A stretch of DNA of 64,000 bases, taken from positions 4,992,001 through 5,056,000 of the forward strand of contig OZ252098.1 in the NCBI GenBank assembly GCA_965248355.1. Reading direction: 5' to 3'. The position numbers and the translations under genes were made by a program. A model generated the notes under the pieces. That model was not told where the DNA came from, ran no database searches, and worked only from the letters and a program-made list of their open reading frames with translations. The stretch comes from Candidatus Latescibacterota bacterium. GTDB lineage: Bacteria > Latescibacterota > UBA2968 > UBA8231. Positions 38,213 through 50,182 of this stretch are shown here, one piece after another. Within the stretch, counting starts at the first letter, position 1, and the number at the start of each line of letters is the position of its first letter.

Positions 38213-39543
38213 GCGCCCTCACGCCCGGAGCCGAAGCCGTAGTCCGCCTGCAGGAGATGCTGCGCTTCGACACCACGAACCCGCCCGGCCACGAGCTGCC
38301 CCTGGTGCGCCACCTGGCCGCGCAACTGGCCGCCGAGGGGCTGGAGCCCCAGGTCCTGGAGGCCGGTCCGCAGCGCGCCAGTCTCGCCGTGCGCCTGCGG
38401 GGCGACGGGTCCGAGCGCCCCCTGCTGCTCATGTCGCACCTCGACGTGGTGCCCGCCGAGCCGGAGCGCTGGAGCCACCCCCCCTTCGCCGGGGAGATCG
38501 CCGACGGCGTCCTCTACGGCCGCGGCGCCATCGACTCCAAGCTGACCGCCGCCGTGCACCTGCAGGCGCTGCTCATGTGCCACCGGAACAAGCTGCCCCT
38601 GAAGCGGGACCTGGTGGTCATCGCCGCCGCCGACGAGGAGCGGGGCGGCGTCAACGGGATGGCCTGGATCGCCGCGAACCACCCCGAGTGGCTGGACGCC
38701 GAGTACGGCGTCAACGAGGGAGGCGGCTTCGCCGTGCTCGTCGACGGCCGGCCGATCTACACCTGCCAGGTGGCCGAGAAGGGCGGCGCCGACGTGGACC
38801 TGATCGCCCGCGGGCGGCCGGGCCACAGCTCGGTGCCCCATGACGACAATCCCATCGTGCACCTCGGCGCCGTCCAGACGCGGCTCGGCGGCCAGCTGCC
38901 GCACCGCGTCACCCCGGCGGTGGCCGCCTTCTTCGAGGCGGCGGCGCGGTCCGTGCGGCCCGAAGTGGGACAGTTGCTGCGGGATCTGCTCGACCCGGAG
39001 CGCGCGGAGCGGGCGCTGCGGGAGTTGCCGGTCGAGCCTCCCGTGCGCGGCATGTTCGACGCCATGCTGCGCAACACCTGCGCCCCGACCCTGCTCGAGG
39101 CCGGGCTGAAGCGCAACGTCATCCCTTCCGAGGCCGCCGTGCGTCTCAGCGGCCGGCCCCTGCCGGGGGTGACCGGGGAGGACTTCACCGCGGAGGTGCG
39201 GGCCCTCGTGGGAGTGGGGGTGGATCTCGAGATGGAGAGGTTCCGGGCGGGGGTCGCCTTCGACCACGAGACGCCGCTGTTCGGGGCCATGGAGGCGGCC
39301 CTGACGCGCCACGAGCCCGGGGCCGTGCTGGCGCCGTACATGCAGACGGGCGGCACCGACGCCCGCTTCCTCACCGACCTCGACATCACCGTGTACGGCC
39401 TCGTGCCCATGCGCCACGAGCCGGGCTGCGGCTTCTTCGAGTTGTGCCACGGCCACGACGAGCGCGTCTCGGTGGCGAACGTGGGGTTCGCCGTGGACGT
39501 CACCTTCGACCTGGTGGCGCAACTGGCCGCGGACGGCGCCTGA
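38209..39543 (+). CDS. M20/M25/M40 family metallo-hydrolase
   Basis: DTTNPPG, SHLDVVP, GRGAIDSK, DEE, GHSSVP, GGTDAR, HGHDER; ATGA coupling. Confidence 0.9.
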   Translation: MSALTPGAEAVVRLQEMLRFDTTNPPGHELPLVRHLAAQLAAEGLEPQVLEAGPQRASLAVRLRGDGSERPLLLMSHLDVVPAEPERWSHPPFAGEIADGVLYGRGAIDSKLTAAVHLQALLMCHRNKLPLKRDLVVIAAADEERGGVNGMAWIAANHPEWLDAEYGVNEGGGFAVLVDGRPIYTCQVAEKGGADVDLIARGRPGHSSVPHDDNPIVHLGAVQTRLGGQLPHRVTPAVAAFFEAAARSVRPEVGQLLRDLLDPERAERALRELPVEPPVRGMFDAMLRNTCAPTLLEAGLKRNVIPSEAAVRLSGRPLPGVTGEDFTAEVRALVGVGVDLEMERFRAGVAFDHETPLFGAMEAALTRHEPGAVLAPYMQTGGTDARFLTDLDITVYGLVPMRHEPGCGFFELCHGHDERVSVANVGFAVDVTFDLVAQLAADGA

Positions 39544-39571
39544 GGCGGCCTCCGAGCGGTGAGCCTCTCCC

Positions 39572-41624
<2,053 letters not shown>

Positions 41625-41855
41625 CGTTCTCTCTGTGGCGGGGCAGCCACGCCTCCCGGGCGGATGGAAGAATGAGTTGTTGAAGTAGGTTAGTGATCCA
41701 CTTGATCCGGAGAGTTCTGCCTTGAACGCCCAAGGGAGAGAGCGGTATATTCCCGGCTTCTCTGCAAACCCGTGCCCAAAGATTCCGGCGGTTCTCCTGC
41801 AATGGCTGCAGGTCTACCGCCAGTGACCGGTCCACCCCTTCCGTGGAGCAATCGA

Positions 41856-42417
41856 GTGCCAACGAAGCCAAAGAAACCGACAGTGAGCAAACGAGGCAGG
41901 GGCACTATCTCCCGCAAAGACGAACCCGTGTGGGTGGTTGTGTATGGAGAGTTGACTCGACTACGAGGTCGCCCTCAGGGCGGTCAAAAGGTCGAGCCAC
42001 TGTTCAAGTGTGTGGGTCAGAAGATCCCGTTCGAATTCCTTGATGAAGTGAAGGATCGTCTAAGAGAGGAAGATATCAGCTCCGATGGCGTATATGCTGC
42101 CCATGACTCCATGGGAGTGGTGCGGTACGTCGGTAGAGGAAGCATCTTCGGCCGTCTTCGACAATGTAAGGTTTAAGGTCAAGCATCCTCTCGAATTGGA
42201 GTATTTCTCCTTCTGGGTAGTGCTCGACAAGCACCACGAGCGCGAGATCGAGACCCTGTTGATTCGAGGTGCAGGACCTCTTCTCGTCTTCAACGAAAGA
42301 AAGAAACGTGTGGGAATCGAGCTGGGGGACATAAAGGACTACGAGCCAGGAACGTTCTACTTCGAGCGCCAAAGGAAGAAGGGACCCAGAGCGTCCGATG
42401 GGACGGTTCAGGAGTAA
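41856..42417 (+). pseudogene. GIY-YIG nuclease family protein split by a 7-bp insertion
   Basis: GVYAAHD...YVGRG...RL in one frame, then KHPLELEYFSF...REIETLLI...FN in another. Removing 7 bp at TAAGGT-T-TAAGGT (42167-42179) joins them. Confidence 0.65.
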
Positions 42418-42473
42418 CCCTTTCCGCGGCTTCTCAGCACACTCACGCCGCATCCTAACCAACTTGGGAAACA

Positions 42474-42877
42474 GTGTGCCCCCAAGCCCTCTATATCAAC
42501 GGCATCTACCAAGCGGTGCTCAATGATATAGCGCGAGTCCAGTCCACTCGTCCTGATCATCCACTTTTCTTGCAGCCCTACTCGCAGTTCCCTATCGCCG
42601 ACATCATTCGGCAACTACAGATGACCTGCGGAACGTGACCACCATACCGACCGACAGGCGCAAACGAATCGAGCAAGTCATCGCCGAGCATCAACCTACG
42701 GAGGGCGGCCTATACGACGAAGGTAGCCTCAGCCGCAACCTGCTGTCTGTCGTCCGCATGATCAGACTGGACGTGCCTCTTGGTGTCGAGAATCTCATCA
42801 AGATAAGCGACAATCTACCCTTGTCCCTCAACCGTACCCGCTCCGGCGGTTGGTCTCCTGTCTGGCGGCTGACTTAG
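42474..42877 (+). pseudogene. Probable gene remnant in two frames; family not securely identified
   Basis: Low-GC, protein-like fragments QALYINGIYQAVLNDI...FLQPYS (42474-42638) and ...NLIKISDNLPLSLNRTRSGGWSPV (42635-42877). Confidence 0.4.
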
Positions 42878-42885
42878 GACTGGCA

Positions 42886-43224
42886 ATGTTCGACACCAGC
42901 ACCCTCGACAAGGCCGTGAGAGAGCGGCGGCAGCGGCTGGCGGCCGAGCAGGCCGAGTTGCTCGACCGGGTGCGCCGTGCCCTGCTGGAACTGCGGGAAC
43001 CGCTCGGAATCGAGGCCGCGTACATAGTGGGGTCGCTACGTTCGCCCGATTCGTGGGGGGAGGCGTCCGACGTGGACGTTGCCGTGGAAGGATGCTCGCC
43101 CATGGTCATGGAAATCATGAAGGCCCTGGAGGAGGCAACCGGCAGAGCGGTGGACGCAATCGACCTCGACCGGCACCCTTCCGCCCAATCTTTCCTTCGG
43201 TCAGGAATCAAGGTGTATGGATAA
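42886..43224 (+). CDS. Minimal nucleotidyltransferase (MNT) antitoxin
   Basis: AYIVGS-x10-DVDVAV and VDAIDL; overlaps the downstream HEPN gene. Confidence 0.85.
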   Translation: MFDTSTLDKAVRERRQRLAAEQAELLDRVRRALLELREPLGIEAAYIVGSLRSPDSWGEASDVDVAVEGCSPMVMEIMKALEEATGRAVDAIDLDRHPSAQSFLRSGIKVYG

Positions 43225-43681
43225 AGGAGCCTTCGCCGTCCTCGAAGCGGACTTGCGGGCGCGCGCCCGGGATATCGCCCGCATCGGCGAGCGCATCCAG
43301 GCGCGCTTGGGGACGTTTGCCCGGAGCGCCGAAGGGGTGGACAGCATGGGGTACCAGCTCCACAACCTCTACGGCGCCTTCGAGCAGTTGTTCGAGGAGA
43401 CGGCGCGGTTCTTCGAGAACCGCGTCGACGAGGGCAGCTATCAGGCGGACCTGCTCAGGCGAATGCAGCTGGAGATCCCGGGCATCCGCCCCGCGCTCCT
43501 GTCCGCGGAAACTGCCGCCGGGCTGGATGAGTTGCGGCGGTTCCGCCATCTCTTTCGCCACGCGTACACGGCGGACCTGGACTCCGGCAGAGTGACGGAT
43601 CTGGCTGCAAGGTCCGCGCGAGTCCAGCGCGATTTCGAGCGGGATTTCGAGCAGTTCATGGCTCTCTTGCGGCCTGAGTAG
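43217..43681 (+). CDS. HEPN-domain RNase toxin (HepT-like)
   Basis: LHNLYGAFE and LRRFRHLFRHAY (R-x4-H plus Tyr). Confidence 0.85.
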   Translation: MDKGAFAVLEADLRARARDIARIGERIQARLGTFARSAEGVDSMGYQLHNLYGAFEQLFEETARFFENRVDEGSYQADLLRRMQLEIPGIRPALLSAETAAGLDELRRFRHLFRHAYTADLDSGRVTDLAARSARVQRDFERDFEQFMALLRPE

Positions 43682-43690
43682 CGGGACGGG

Positions 43691-46012
43691 TCAACGCAGC
43701 ACCATCACCTTGCGCGACTGCATCCGGCCGCCGGCCGTCAGGCGGACCACGAAGACGCCGCTCGCGCGCCCGCCGCTGTCCCACCGCAGCACGTGCCGGC
43801 CCTCTGACCTCTTCCCCTCCCACAGCGTCTCGACACGCTGGCCCCCCAGGTTGTACACCTGCACACGGACCTCGCCGGAAGCGCCGAGGGCGAACGGGAT
43901 CGACAGACTCGAGTTCGCCGGGTTGGGGTACGGCGCCAGCAAGGCGAACTCCTGCGGATGCACCTGCCTTCCCGGTGCTACCGCGACTGCTGTCGAGACC
44001 TCAAGGCCCTCGATCCAACGGCTGACGAGCCGGGCCCCCTGTGTGTCGACCAGGGCGGTCGCCAGCGGCGGCATGCGCCACCGGCCGGTCTCGAGCATAC
44101 GCAGGTACAGGAGCGAGCGCCGCGGCTCCCCGGGCTCCACGATCCTCGCCTCATGCACCCCGAGGTTCCCGAGGCGGGCGCCGTCGAGGATCCCCGTCTC
44201 CGCAAGGGGTGTGTCGAAACGCAGGTCGAACTGCGCCCGGATGCCGTGGGCGGGACGATGGCAATTGGCGCAGTTGGCGGCGAGATAGGAGCGGGTCCGC
44301 AGCTCCAGGGGGGAGCTCTCATCGGCGGGCTCCGGCCACTTCCCCCAGGTTCCGGGAGGTGGGAGTTCGCCGGCGAACAGCCCGTCCCGCTCCCAGGTCT
44401 GGATCCGGCCGCCGCGGTTCATCTGCCCGGTGCGCAGGCCGAGGACGTACCCGGAAGCCGGGGTGTGGCAGTCGCCGCACTGACCGCGCGACGGGAAATA
44501 GTGCTGGCGCGTACGGCCCCCGTCCGGCGAGGAGACGCCGTACTCCCCGGTCTCCGCCACCGCGAGCAGGAAGGCCTCGTTGCCCTCGTCGTTCCACTTG
44601 TAGGAGTATCCGTCCCACCCCGGATGGCCGGTCCGCTTGATCAGCAGCCGCGTCTCGACGATCCGCTCTCCGAGGTAGAAGCTCTTGACCAGAACGGTCC
44701 CGTCCGGCAGCGCCCAGGCGCCGTGGGGCCGGAAGCCGATGCGGCCTTCTTCCGGAAGCCCCAGGTAGCGTCTCTTGTCGGCGCCGTCCGACCACAGCGG
44801 GGCGTTGACCTCGTACGGAGCCAGCCAGGGGGCCGGCTCCTGGGACGCCATGCGGGAGAAGACGCCGGTCTGGGACAGCCGCGGCGGCGGCAGTTCCCGC
44901 CCGGCCGCGGACTCGAGCCGGTACGCGGCGCCAGGCGCCAGCACGAGGGGCTCGCCGTCGACATCCAGCCCGAAGGCGAGGATGTGGTCGTCGGCCACCG
45001 CAAGCAGCTCGCTTCTCCAGATGTCTCCGTCCCGGCGCAGGGCCCAGACCTTGCGGGAGCCGAAGTCGCCGAAGAGGTAGAGGCCGGCCAGCTCCGGCCA
45101 GCGGCGGCCCTGGTAGACGAACCCGCCGATCACGGCGAGTCCCTCCTCGCGCCCGTACTCGAACACCGGCGGGATGAGACCGGGGTCGTCACAACCATCC
45201 TCGTCGCGGCACAGGCTCCCCTCCATGCGGGCCCAGCCGTAGTTGCCGCCGCTGTCCACGAGGTCGATTTCCTCGCGGTCCTTCTCACCCACGTCCCCCA
45301 CCCAGATCAGCCCGGAGCGCGGATCGAAGCTGAAGCGCCACGGATTGCGCAGGCCGAAGGCCCAGATCTCCTCACGCCAGCCGCGGTTGTTGCCTGCGAA
45401 GGGGTTGTCCGCGGGAATGCCGTAGCCCTCGCCGCCGGCGTCGACGTCGATCCGCAGAATCGTCCCCAGCAGGGTCGTGCGGTCCTGCCCGTGGTCGTAG
45501 CGGTCCTCCTCGCCGCCGCCGTCTCCGAGACCGATGTAGAGATAACCGTCCGGCCCGAACTCGATGTGGCCGCCGTTGTGACTGTCGGTCGGCTGGGAGA
45601 CCACGAGGAGGATGCGCTCCCGGGGGTCGGCGCGGTCCGGGTCCTCCTCCGAAACGCGGAACTCCGACAGCACGGTGCGGAAGCTGGCTCCCGAGTAGTG
45701 CACGAAGAAGCGCCCGTTGGCGGCGAACCGGGGATGGAAGGCCAACCCGAGAAGGCCGGTCTCCGGCCTGAAGTCGCGCGCCTGGGGCTGCAGGTCGATG
45801 AAGAGGCCGCCCGTGTCCTCTCTGGCCGGGTGCAACACCCGGATCAGGCCGGACTTCTCGGCGACGAAGAGGCGGCCGCTGCCGTCCCCTGCCGGGGCGA
45901 AGTGGATCGGGGCCTCCACCGGAAGGGTGGAGAACGCCCGCACCAGGGTGAAGGGCGGGGATTCGGTGGCGTGGGCGGCGGCTGCCGAGGCCAAGACCAG
46001 AAAGAGCAGCAT
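43691..46012 (-). CDS. PQQ-dependent sugar dehydrogenase (GSDH) + diheme cytochrome c + T9SS CTD
   Basis: Signal peptide; HNGGHIEFGPDGYLYIGLGDGG, GLRNPWRFSFD; LWSDGADKRR, CGDCH, CANCH, MPP; PYPNPAN...SGVFVVRL. Confidence 0.85.
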   Translation of the reverse strand: MLLFLVLASAAAAHATESPPFTLVRAFSTLPVEAPIHFAPAGDGSGRLFVAEKSGLIRVLHPAREDTGGLFIDLQPQARDFRPETGLLGLAFHPRFAANGRFFVHYSGASFRTVLSEFRVSEEDPDRADPRERILLVVSQPTDSHNGGHIEFGPDGYLYIGLGDGGGEEDRYDHGQDRTTLLGTILRIDVDAGGEGYGIPADNPFAGNNRGWREEIWAFGLRNPWRFSFDPRSGLIWVGDVGEKDREEIDLVDSGGNYGWARMEGSLCRDEDGCDDPGLIPPVFEYGREEGLAVIGGFVYQGRRWPELAGLYLFGDFGSRKVWALRRDGDIWRSELLAVADDHILAFGLDVDGEPLVLAPGAAYRLESAAGRELPPPRLSQTGVFSRMASQEPAPWLAPYEVNAPLWSDGADKRRYLGLPEEGRIGFRPHGAWALPDGTVLVKSFYLGERIVETRLLIKRTGHPGWDGYSYKWNDEGNEAFLLAVAETGEYGVSSPDGGRTRQHYFPSRGQCGDCHTPASGYVLGLRTGQMNRGGRIQTWERDGLFAGELPPPGTWGKWPEPADESSPLELRTRSYLAANCANCHRPAHGIRAQFDLRFDTPLAETGILDGARLGNLGVHEARIVEPGEPRRSLLYLRMLETGRWRMPPLATALVDTQGARLVSRWIEGLEVSTAVAVAPGRQVHPQEFALLAPYPNPANSSLSIPFALGASGEVRVQVYNLGGQRVETLWEGKRSEGRHVLRWDSGGRASGVFVVRLTAGGRMQSRKVMVLR

Positions 46013-46165
46013 GAAGCGAAGAAGGTAGGGCCCGGAGGGCGGTGCAAGTGGCCGGCCTGGATGTCGACGCGGCGGTGAGGTGTCACGCCGGAATCGGGGA
46101 TCGTATCGTTGAGAAGAGAGCGAGGGCCAGGACAGAACGCCGACCGAGGCTCAGGACAGGTACCA

Positions 46166-46573
46166 ATGGAGATCGTCAGAGCAGGACTCGCCGATGTCGA
46201 GAGACTCGCCGAGTTGAACAAGCAGCTCATCGAGGACGAGCGGCACCCCAACCCGATGGACGTGCCCCAGCTCACCCAACGTATGAAGGAGTGGCTGGCA
46301 ACCGGATACATCTGCTATCTGGGGAAGCAGAACGGGTGTATCCTGGCCTACTGCCTGTACAGGGACGACGGTGCCTACTACTACATGCGGCAGTTGTACG
46401 TGAGCAGAGAACACCGTCGAAAAGGCATCGCTACGCAGTTGCTTGATTGGTTGTACGAGAATGTGTGGACGGACAGGAGAGTCAGGTTGGACGTGCTCGC
46501 CCACAACACGGATGCCCTTGCCTTCTACAAAGGATATGGCTTCCGCATAGGTGTCTTCAGAATGGAGAAGTGA
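46166..46573 (+). CDS. GNAT family N-acetyltransferase
   Basis: LYVSREHRRKGIATQLL and NTDALAFYKGYGF. Confidence 0.88.
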   Translation: MEIVRAGLADVERLAELNKQLIEDERHPNPMDVPQLTQRMKEWLATGYICYLGKQNGCILAYCLYRDDGAYYYMRQLYVSREHRRKGIATQLLDWLYENVWTDRRVRLDVLAHNTDALAFYKGYGFRIGVFRMEK

Positions 46574-46606
46574 AGAGATCTTCCGAAATGTGTCAGGTAC
46601 CCCATC

Positions 46607-47965
46607 TCACCCCACGCTCGCCAAGGCCTCCCCAAGTACCCGCACCTGCTCCTCGTCCTCGGCGTTTACGGTAAACAGACACCCGTCGCAGTCATGGGCC
46701 GCCACCGCCGCGCCCAATGCCCGTACCAACTCTGGGGCCGCTCCCGCCGAGATGGGCGGATACAGCGGGACCGCCCCACTGGTCTGCGCCTTCAGGCGGG
46801 CTACTTCGCGCTCGTACAGGCTGGCGATGGGCAAGGGCCCTCTCGCCAGTTCCGCGCCGGTCTCCGGGAGGTCCAAGTCCTCCACCCCGAACATGCGCCA
46901 CACCAGGGGAAGTACGTCGCGTTCGTCCAGTCCCTGGCCGTGCCGGCACAAGGCCGCGGTCCACTCCCGCGCCAGGTTGGTCACCCCGGTGGCCCAACCG
47001 ACCACGCCTCCGTGCGAGCTGCCTCCGGTGAGGAAGTCCGTCGCCTCTTCCCACTTGCCGTACCAGTGCCCGCCCAGCATCCCCGTGGAGGCGGGGAAGA
47101 CGTCGCTGCCGAAGAGCTTGTCCCGGCCACCGGCGTCCCGCACGGCGCCGCGGAACTCGGCCATGCGCTCCGCCAGTATGTGCGCCCGGAACCTCACCCA
47201 ATCGAGGACGGCCGCATCCTGGGACAACAGGCCGAGGAAGTCCATCAGCCCCGGACGCCCTGAGGCCAGGGCCCGCACGTCGGCCGGGGTCAATCGCTTC
47301 AGACGCTGGCGCAGGCCCAGCACACCACGGCGCAGGGCGGCGAAATCGTAGCCCAGGCGGGCGGCTTCGTCCTGGCAGCTGGCACAGCCGCAGGCCATGA
47401 GGCCGTGCACGTTGGCCGGGGCCGGATAGCGGGCGTGGTCCACGTCGAAGCCGTCGATGGCGTAGCGCTGCACCGCTTCGACCAGGCAGTCGCGCGTCCA
47501 GTCGTTGATCTCCTTGCGGCTCGGGCACAGACCGATACCCCACTCCTTGTAGCGGCGGTCCAATGGCCTCCCCTCCAGATCGCGGAGGGCGTATTCGGGA
47601 TAGACGTCGCCGCCGTAGCTCCACAAGCCGATGTGTCCCCACACCTCGATCCCCGCGCCATCGCAGGCCTCGATGACGCGCCGCAGGGGCGCATCGTCGA
47701 AGCCACTGACGATCCCCGCCACCGGCGGGTACACGCCTTCCGCACCCCGGGGCCAGGCATCGAGACGCCGGCGCCAGTCCTCGAAGGGCCCCCGCCTCGC
47801 CAACTCCGGCGAGGCGCTGAAGCCCGAGGTATGGCAGACCGGGCTCTCGGGCATGATCGTCGTCAGGCCGACGGCGTCCTTGAGCTTGTGCAGGGACTCG
47901 GGATGGGTGGCCACGTATTCCGTCTGGCAGAACCAGATGCGGCGGGGCTTGTGGGGGGGTGTCAT
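46607..47965 (-). CDS. Hypothetical protein, glycoside hydrolase-like TIM barrel (GHL10-like)
   Basis: GIEVWGH, LCPS, RYAIDGFDVDHARY, ACGCASC. Confidence 0.55.
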   Translation of the reverse strand: MTPPHKPRRIWFCQTEYVATHPESLHKLKDAVGLTTIMPESPVCHTSGFSASPELARRGPFEDWRRRLDAWPRGAEGVYPPVAGIVSGFDDAPLRRVIEACDGAGIEVWGHIGLWSYGGDVYPEYALRDLEGRPLDRRYKEWGIGLCPSRKEINDWTRDCLVEAVQRYAIDGFDVDHARYPAPANVHGLMACGCASCQDEAARLGYDFAALRRGVLGLRQRLKRLTPADVRALASGRPGLMDFLGLLSQDAAVLDWVRFRAHILAERMAEFRGAVRDAGGRDKLFGSDVFPASTGMLGGHWYGKWEEATDFLTGGSSHGGVVGWATGVTNLAREWTAALCRHGQGLDERDVLPLVWRMFGVEDLDLPETGAELARGPLPIASLYEREVARLKAQTSGAVPLYPPISAGAAPELVRALGAAVAAHDCDGCLFTVNAEDEEQVRVLGEALASVG

Positions 47966-48117
47966 ACCGTGGACTCCAAGCGGCGGGTGAAGACCTCGCT
48001 GCACCTCCGTCTTCGGTGCTCAGCCGCGTCCTGCCCGAACGCCACCATCAGGCGGTGATTGCCAGGGGCAAGTGTCGGAGGTTTCTTAGGTCGCCCATGC
48101 GAAGCCGGGAGCCTGAC

Positions 48118-48477
48118 ATGCACGACGCTGTAAAGGAGTGGTTGGCACAGTCTCGAGACAAGCTCCGCACCGAGGCGATTACGGCGGAGGATCTCGACCG
48201 TCTCGGCGTCTTGCTCTCCGAGCCCCGCCAGCAGGTCCTCTACCTCTACGCCAAATCAACGAACATGCGCTCGCCCCTGGCCAGCTGGGCCTTGTACGAC
48301 CCCACGCAGCCCCAGGCCCCGACCCTGCCCAGCGACGAACCTCCCTATGAATCGGTGCTCGCCGCCGTGGCCGCTGGGTGGCGGGTGGTGCAGTTTCCCA
48401 TGGCCAAGCTCTACGCCTACGAGGGCCAGGACAACGACTACCTCGGCTATGAGTTCATTCTCGAGAGATTCGTATAG
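48118..48477 (+). CDS. Hypothetical protein
   Basis: GGAG RBS; RQQVLYL...PPYESVLAAVAAGWRVVQFP...EFILER; ends 8 bp before the PhyH gene. Confidence 0.65.
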   Translation: MHDAVKEWLAQSRDKLRTEAITAEDLDRLGVLLSEPRQQVLYLYAKSTNMRSPLASWALYDPTQPQAPTLPSDEPPYESVLAAVAAGWRVVQFPMAKLYAYEGQDNDYLGYEFILERFV

Positions 48478-48485
48478 GAGAAACC

Positions 48486-49259
48486 ATGTCCTCCATCAGA
48501 CCGACACTGGACGACGACGGCGTCATGGACTTCGTCGCCTCCGGCCTGGTCGTCCTCGAAAGCGTCATCGACGAGAGCTTCAATCGCCGCTGCGATGACC
48601 TCGCACCAGGCAATTGCGACGCCTTTGTCGCTTCGGACGATTTCACCCACGGCGTGCTCCTGCATCCTCAGGTCGCCGGCGTGGCGCGCTCGCTTCTGGG
48701 CGAGGACTTCCTGGTGCCCCGGGGCGGCCACCACCACTTCTTCAAGGAGCCGCACCTCGGCCAGACCTGGCATTCGGACGGGCTGTCGGGCAGCGGCTAC
48801 GATGTCTTCGAGCTCCAGTGCTACTACTACCCTCACAGCGTCGCCCTCGCCGACGGCCCGACCATGGTCCTGCCCGGCTCGCATTGCCGCGCCGTCGATC
48901 GCGAAGCCATCGCCCACTACGGCGACATCCGCGGCCAAGTCTCCCTGACGGTGCCGGCCGGCACCGTGGTGATGACCCGCTATGGCATCTGGCACAAGGC
49001 CGGCCCCAAGACCAACGACCGGGCCCGCAGCATGATCAAGTTCTCCTACCACCGCACGGCCGAGCCGCAGCGGGACTGGCTCTGCGACGGGGCGGAGATT
49101 CCCGCCTACCGCGACAGCCCGCGCCTGCCCTACGTGACCGAAGTCGAATCCTACCGCGACCGGGTGCGGCGCACCCGCACCTGGAACTGGCTCTGCGGCA
49201 TCGACCAGGAGGTCGAGCTGCGCGGGGAGAGGTCGTTGCGGGTCTCGGAACTGTTATAG
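48486..49259 (+). CDS. Phytanoyl-CoA dioxygenase (PhyH) family Fe(II)/2OG enzyme
   Basis: AGGAG RBS; WHSD, GPTMVLPGSH, VPAGTVV, IWHKAG, R.M.K. Confidence 0.82.
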   Translation: MSSIRPTLDDDGVMDFVASGLVVLESVIDESFNRRCDDLAPGNCDAFVASDDFTHGVLLHPQVAGVARSLLGEDFLVPRGGHHHFFKEPHLGQTWHSDGLSGSGYDVFELQCYYYPHSVALADGPTMVLPGSHCRAVDREAIAHYGDIRGQVSLTVPAGTVVMTRYGIWHKAGPKTNDRARSMIKFSYHRTAEPQRDWLCDGAEIPAYRDSPRLPYVTEVESYRDRVRRTRTWNWLCGIDQEVELRGERSLRVSELL

Positions 49260-49350
49260 ACCGCGATGAAGAGACACAGTGGTGAGGTGCCAACCCCGAG
49301 GACTCGGAGAAGATGTCGCTGACGGCACCTCGCGATTACAGTCCGGCGGG

Positions 49351-50182
49351 CTACCGCTTCTCCGCGATGATTCCCACCATCGGCGGCGCCGACAGGAACG
49401 CGCCGGGATCCTGCTCCCGCTCATGCCACTCGGTCTCGAAGGCCCGGCGTTCCGCTTCCGTCAGCAGCCCGGCTTCCACCAGCCGCGGCACGTAGCCGAA
49501 GAAGAACCCGTCGGCCACTGCCACAGCGCCGTGCCGGGTCGGGCCAACCGCACAAGCGGGACCCGATCGAGCACACGGCAGCCGGCTCCTGTGAGCAACC
49601 CCGGGAGCCGCTCGCCGACGTTGAGATCTCCTCCGGAGCGCCGCCAACTCTCGCTCACCGCCGCGAGAACGCGGTCGAACGCAGGGCTCGGCGGATGCAG
49701 CTTCGTCGCATGGTAGTTCAGGTAATCCCAGACAACGAACCGGCCTCCCGGCCGCAGCCCCGACACCACCCTCTCGATGACCGGCGCCGGGTCCGGGAGA
49801 AAGCAGAAGAGCCAGCGCGCGAAGGCCCCGTCGAGGCAACCAGGTTCGAGCCGCAGCGCCTCGACCCGCTCCACGCGCGCGGCAAGCTGCGCGAGCCCCC
49901 GCCGCTCCGATTCCTGGACCAGCGTTTTCGATGAAGGGCGCCGACTCGTCGACCGCGAGCACCTGTCCGCTGGCGCCGACCCGGTTGGCCAGCTCGAGAG
50001 CAGCGAGTCCCGGACCGCAGCCGAGATCGAGCAGACGGTCGCCCGGTCCGAAACGGGCGCGGTCCCAGAGGTCGTGCGCTTCCTGCGACCACAGGCGATG
50101 CTGCGTCTCGAGCCGCCCCCCCCTCCTCGGGATCGGTTCCAAGGAGATACGGTTTTTCCGGGGCGGGTTCGGCGTCTGTCAC
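49351..50182 (-). pseudogene. Class I SAM-dependent methyltransferase with three frameshifts
   Basis: YLLGTD / RLETQH...LDLGCGPG / FARWLFCFL...LRPGG...WQWP / FFFGYVPRLV fall in successive frames, with breaks at ~50118, ~49926 and ~49512. Confidence 0.8.
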
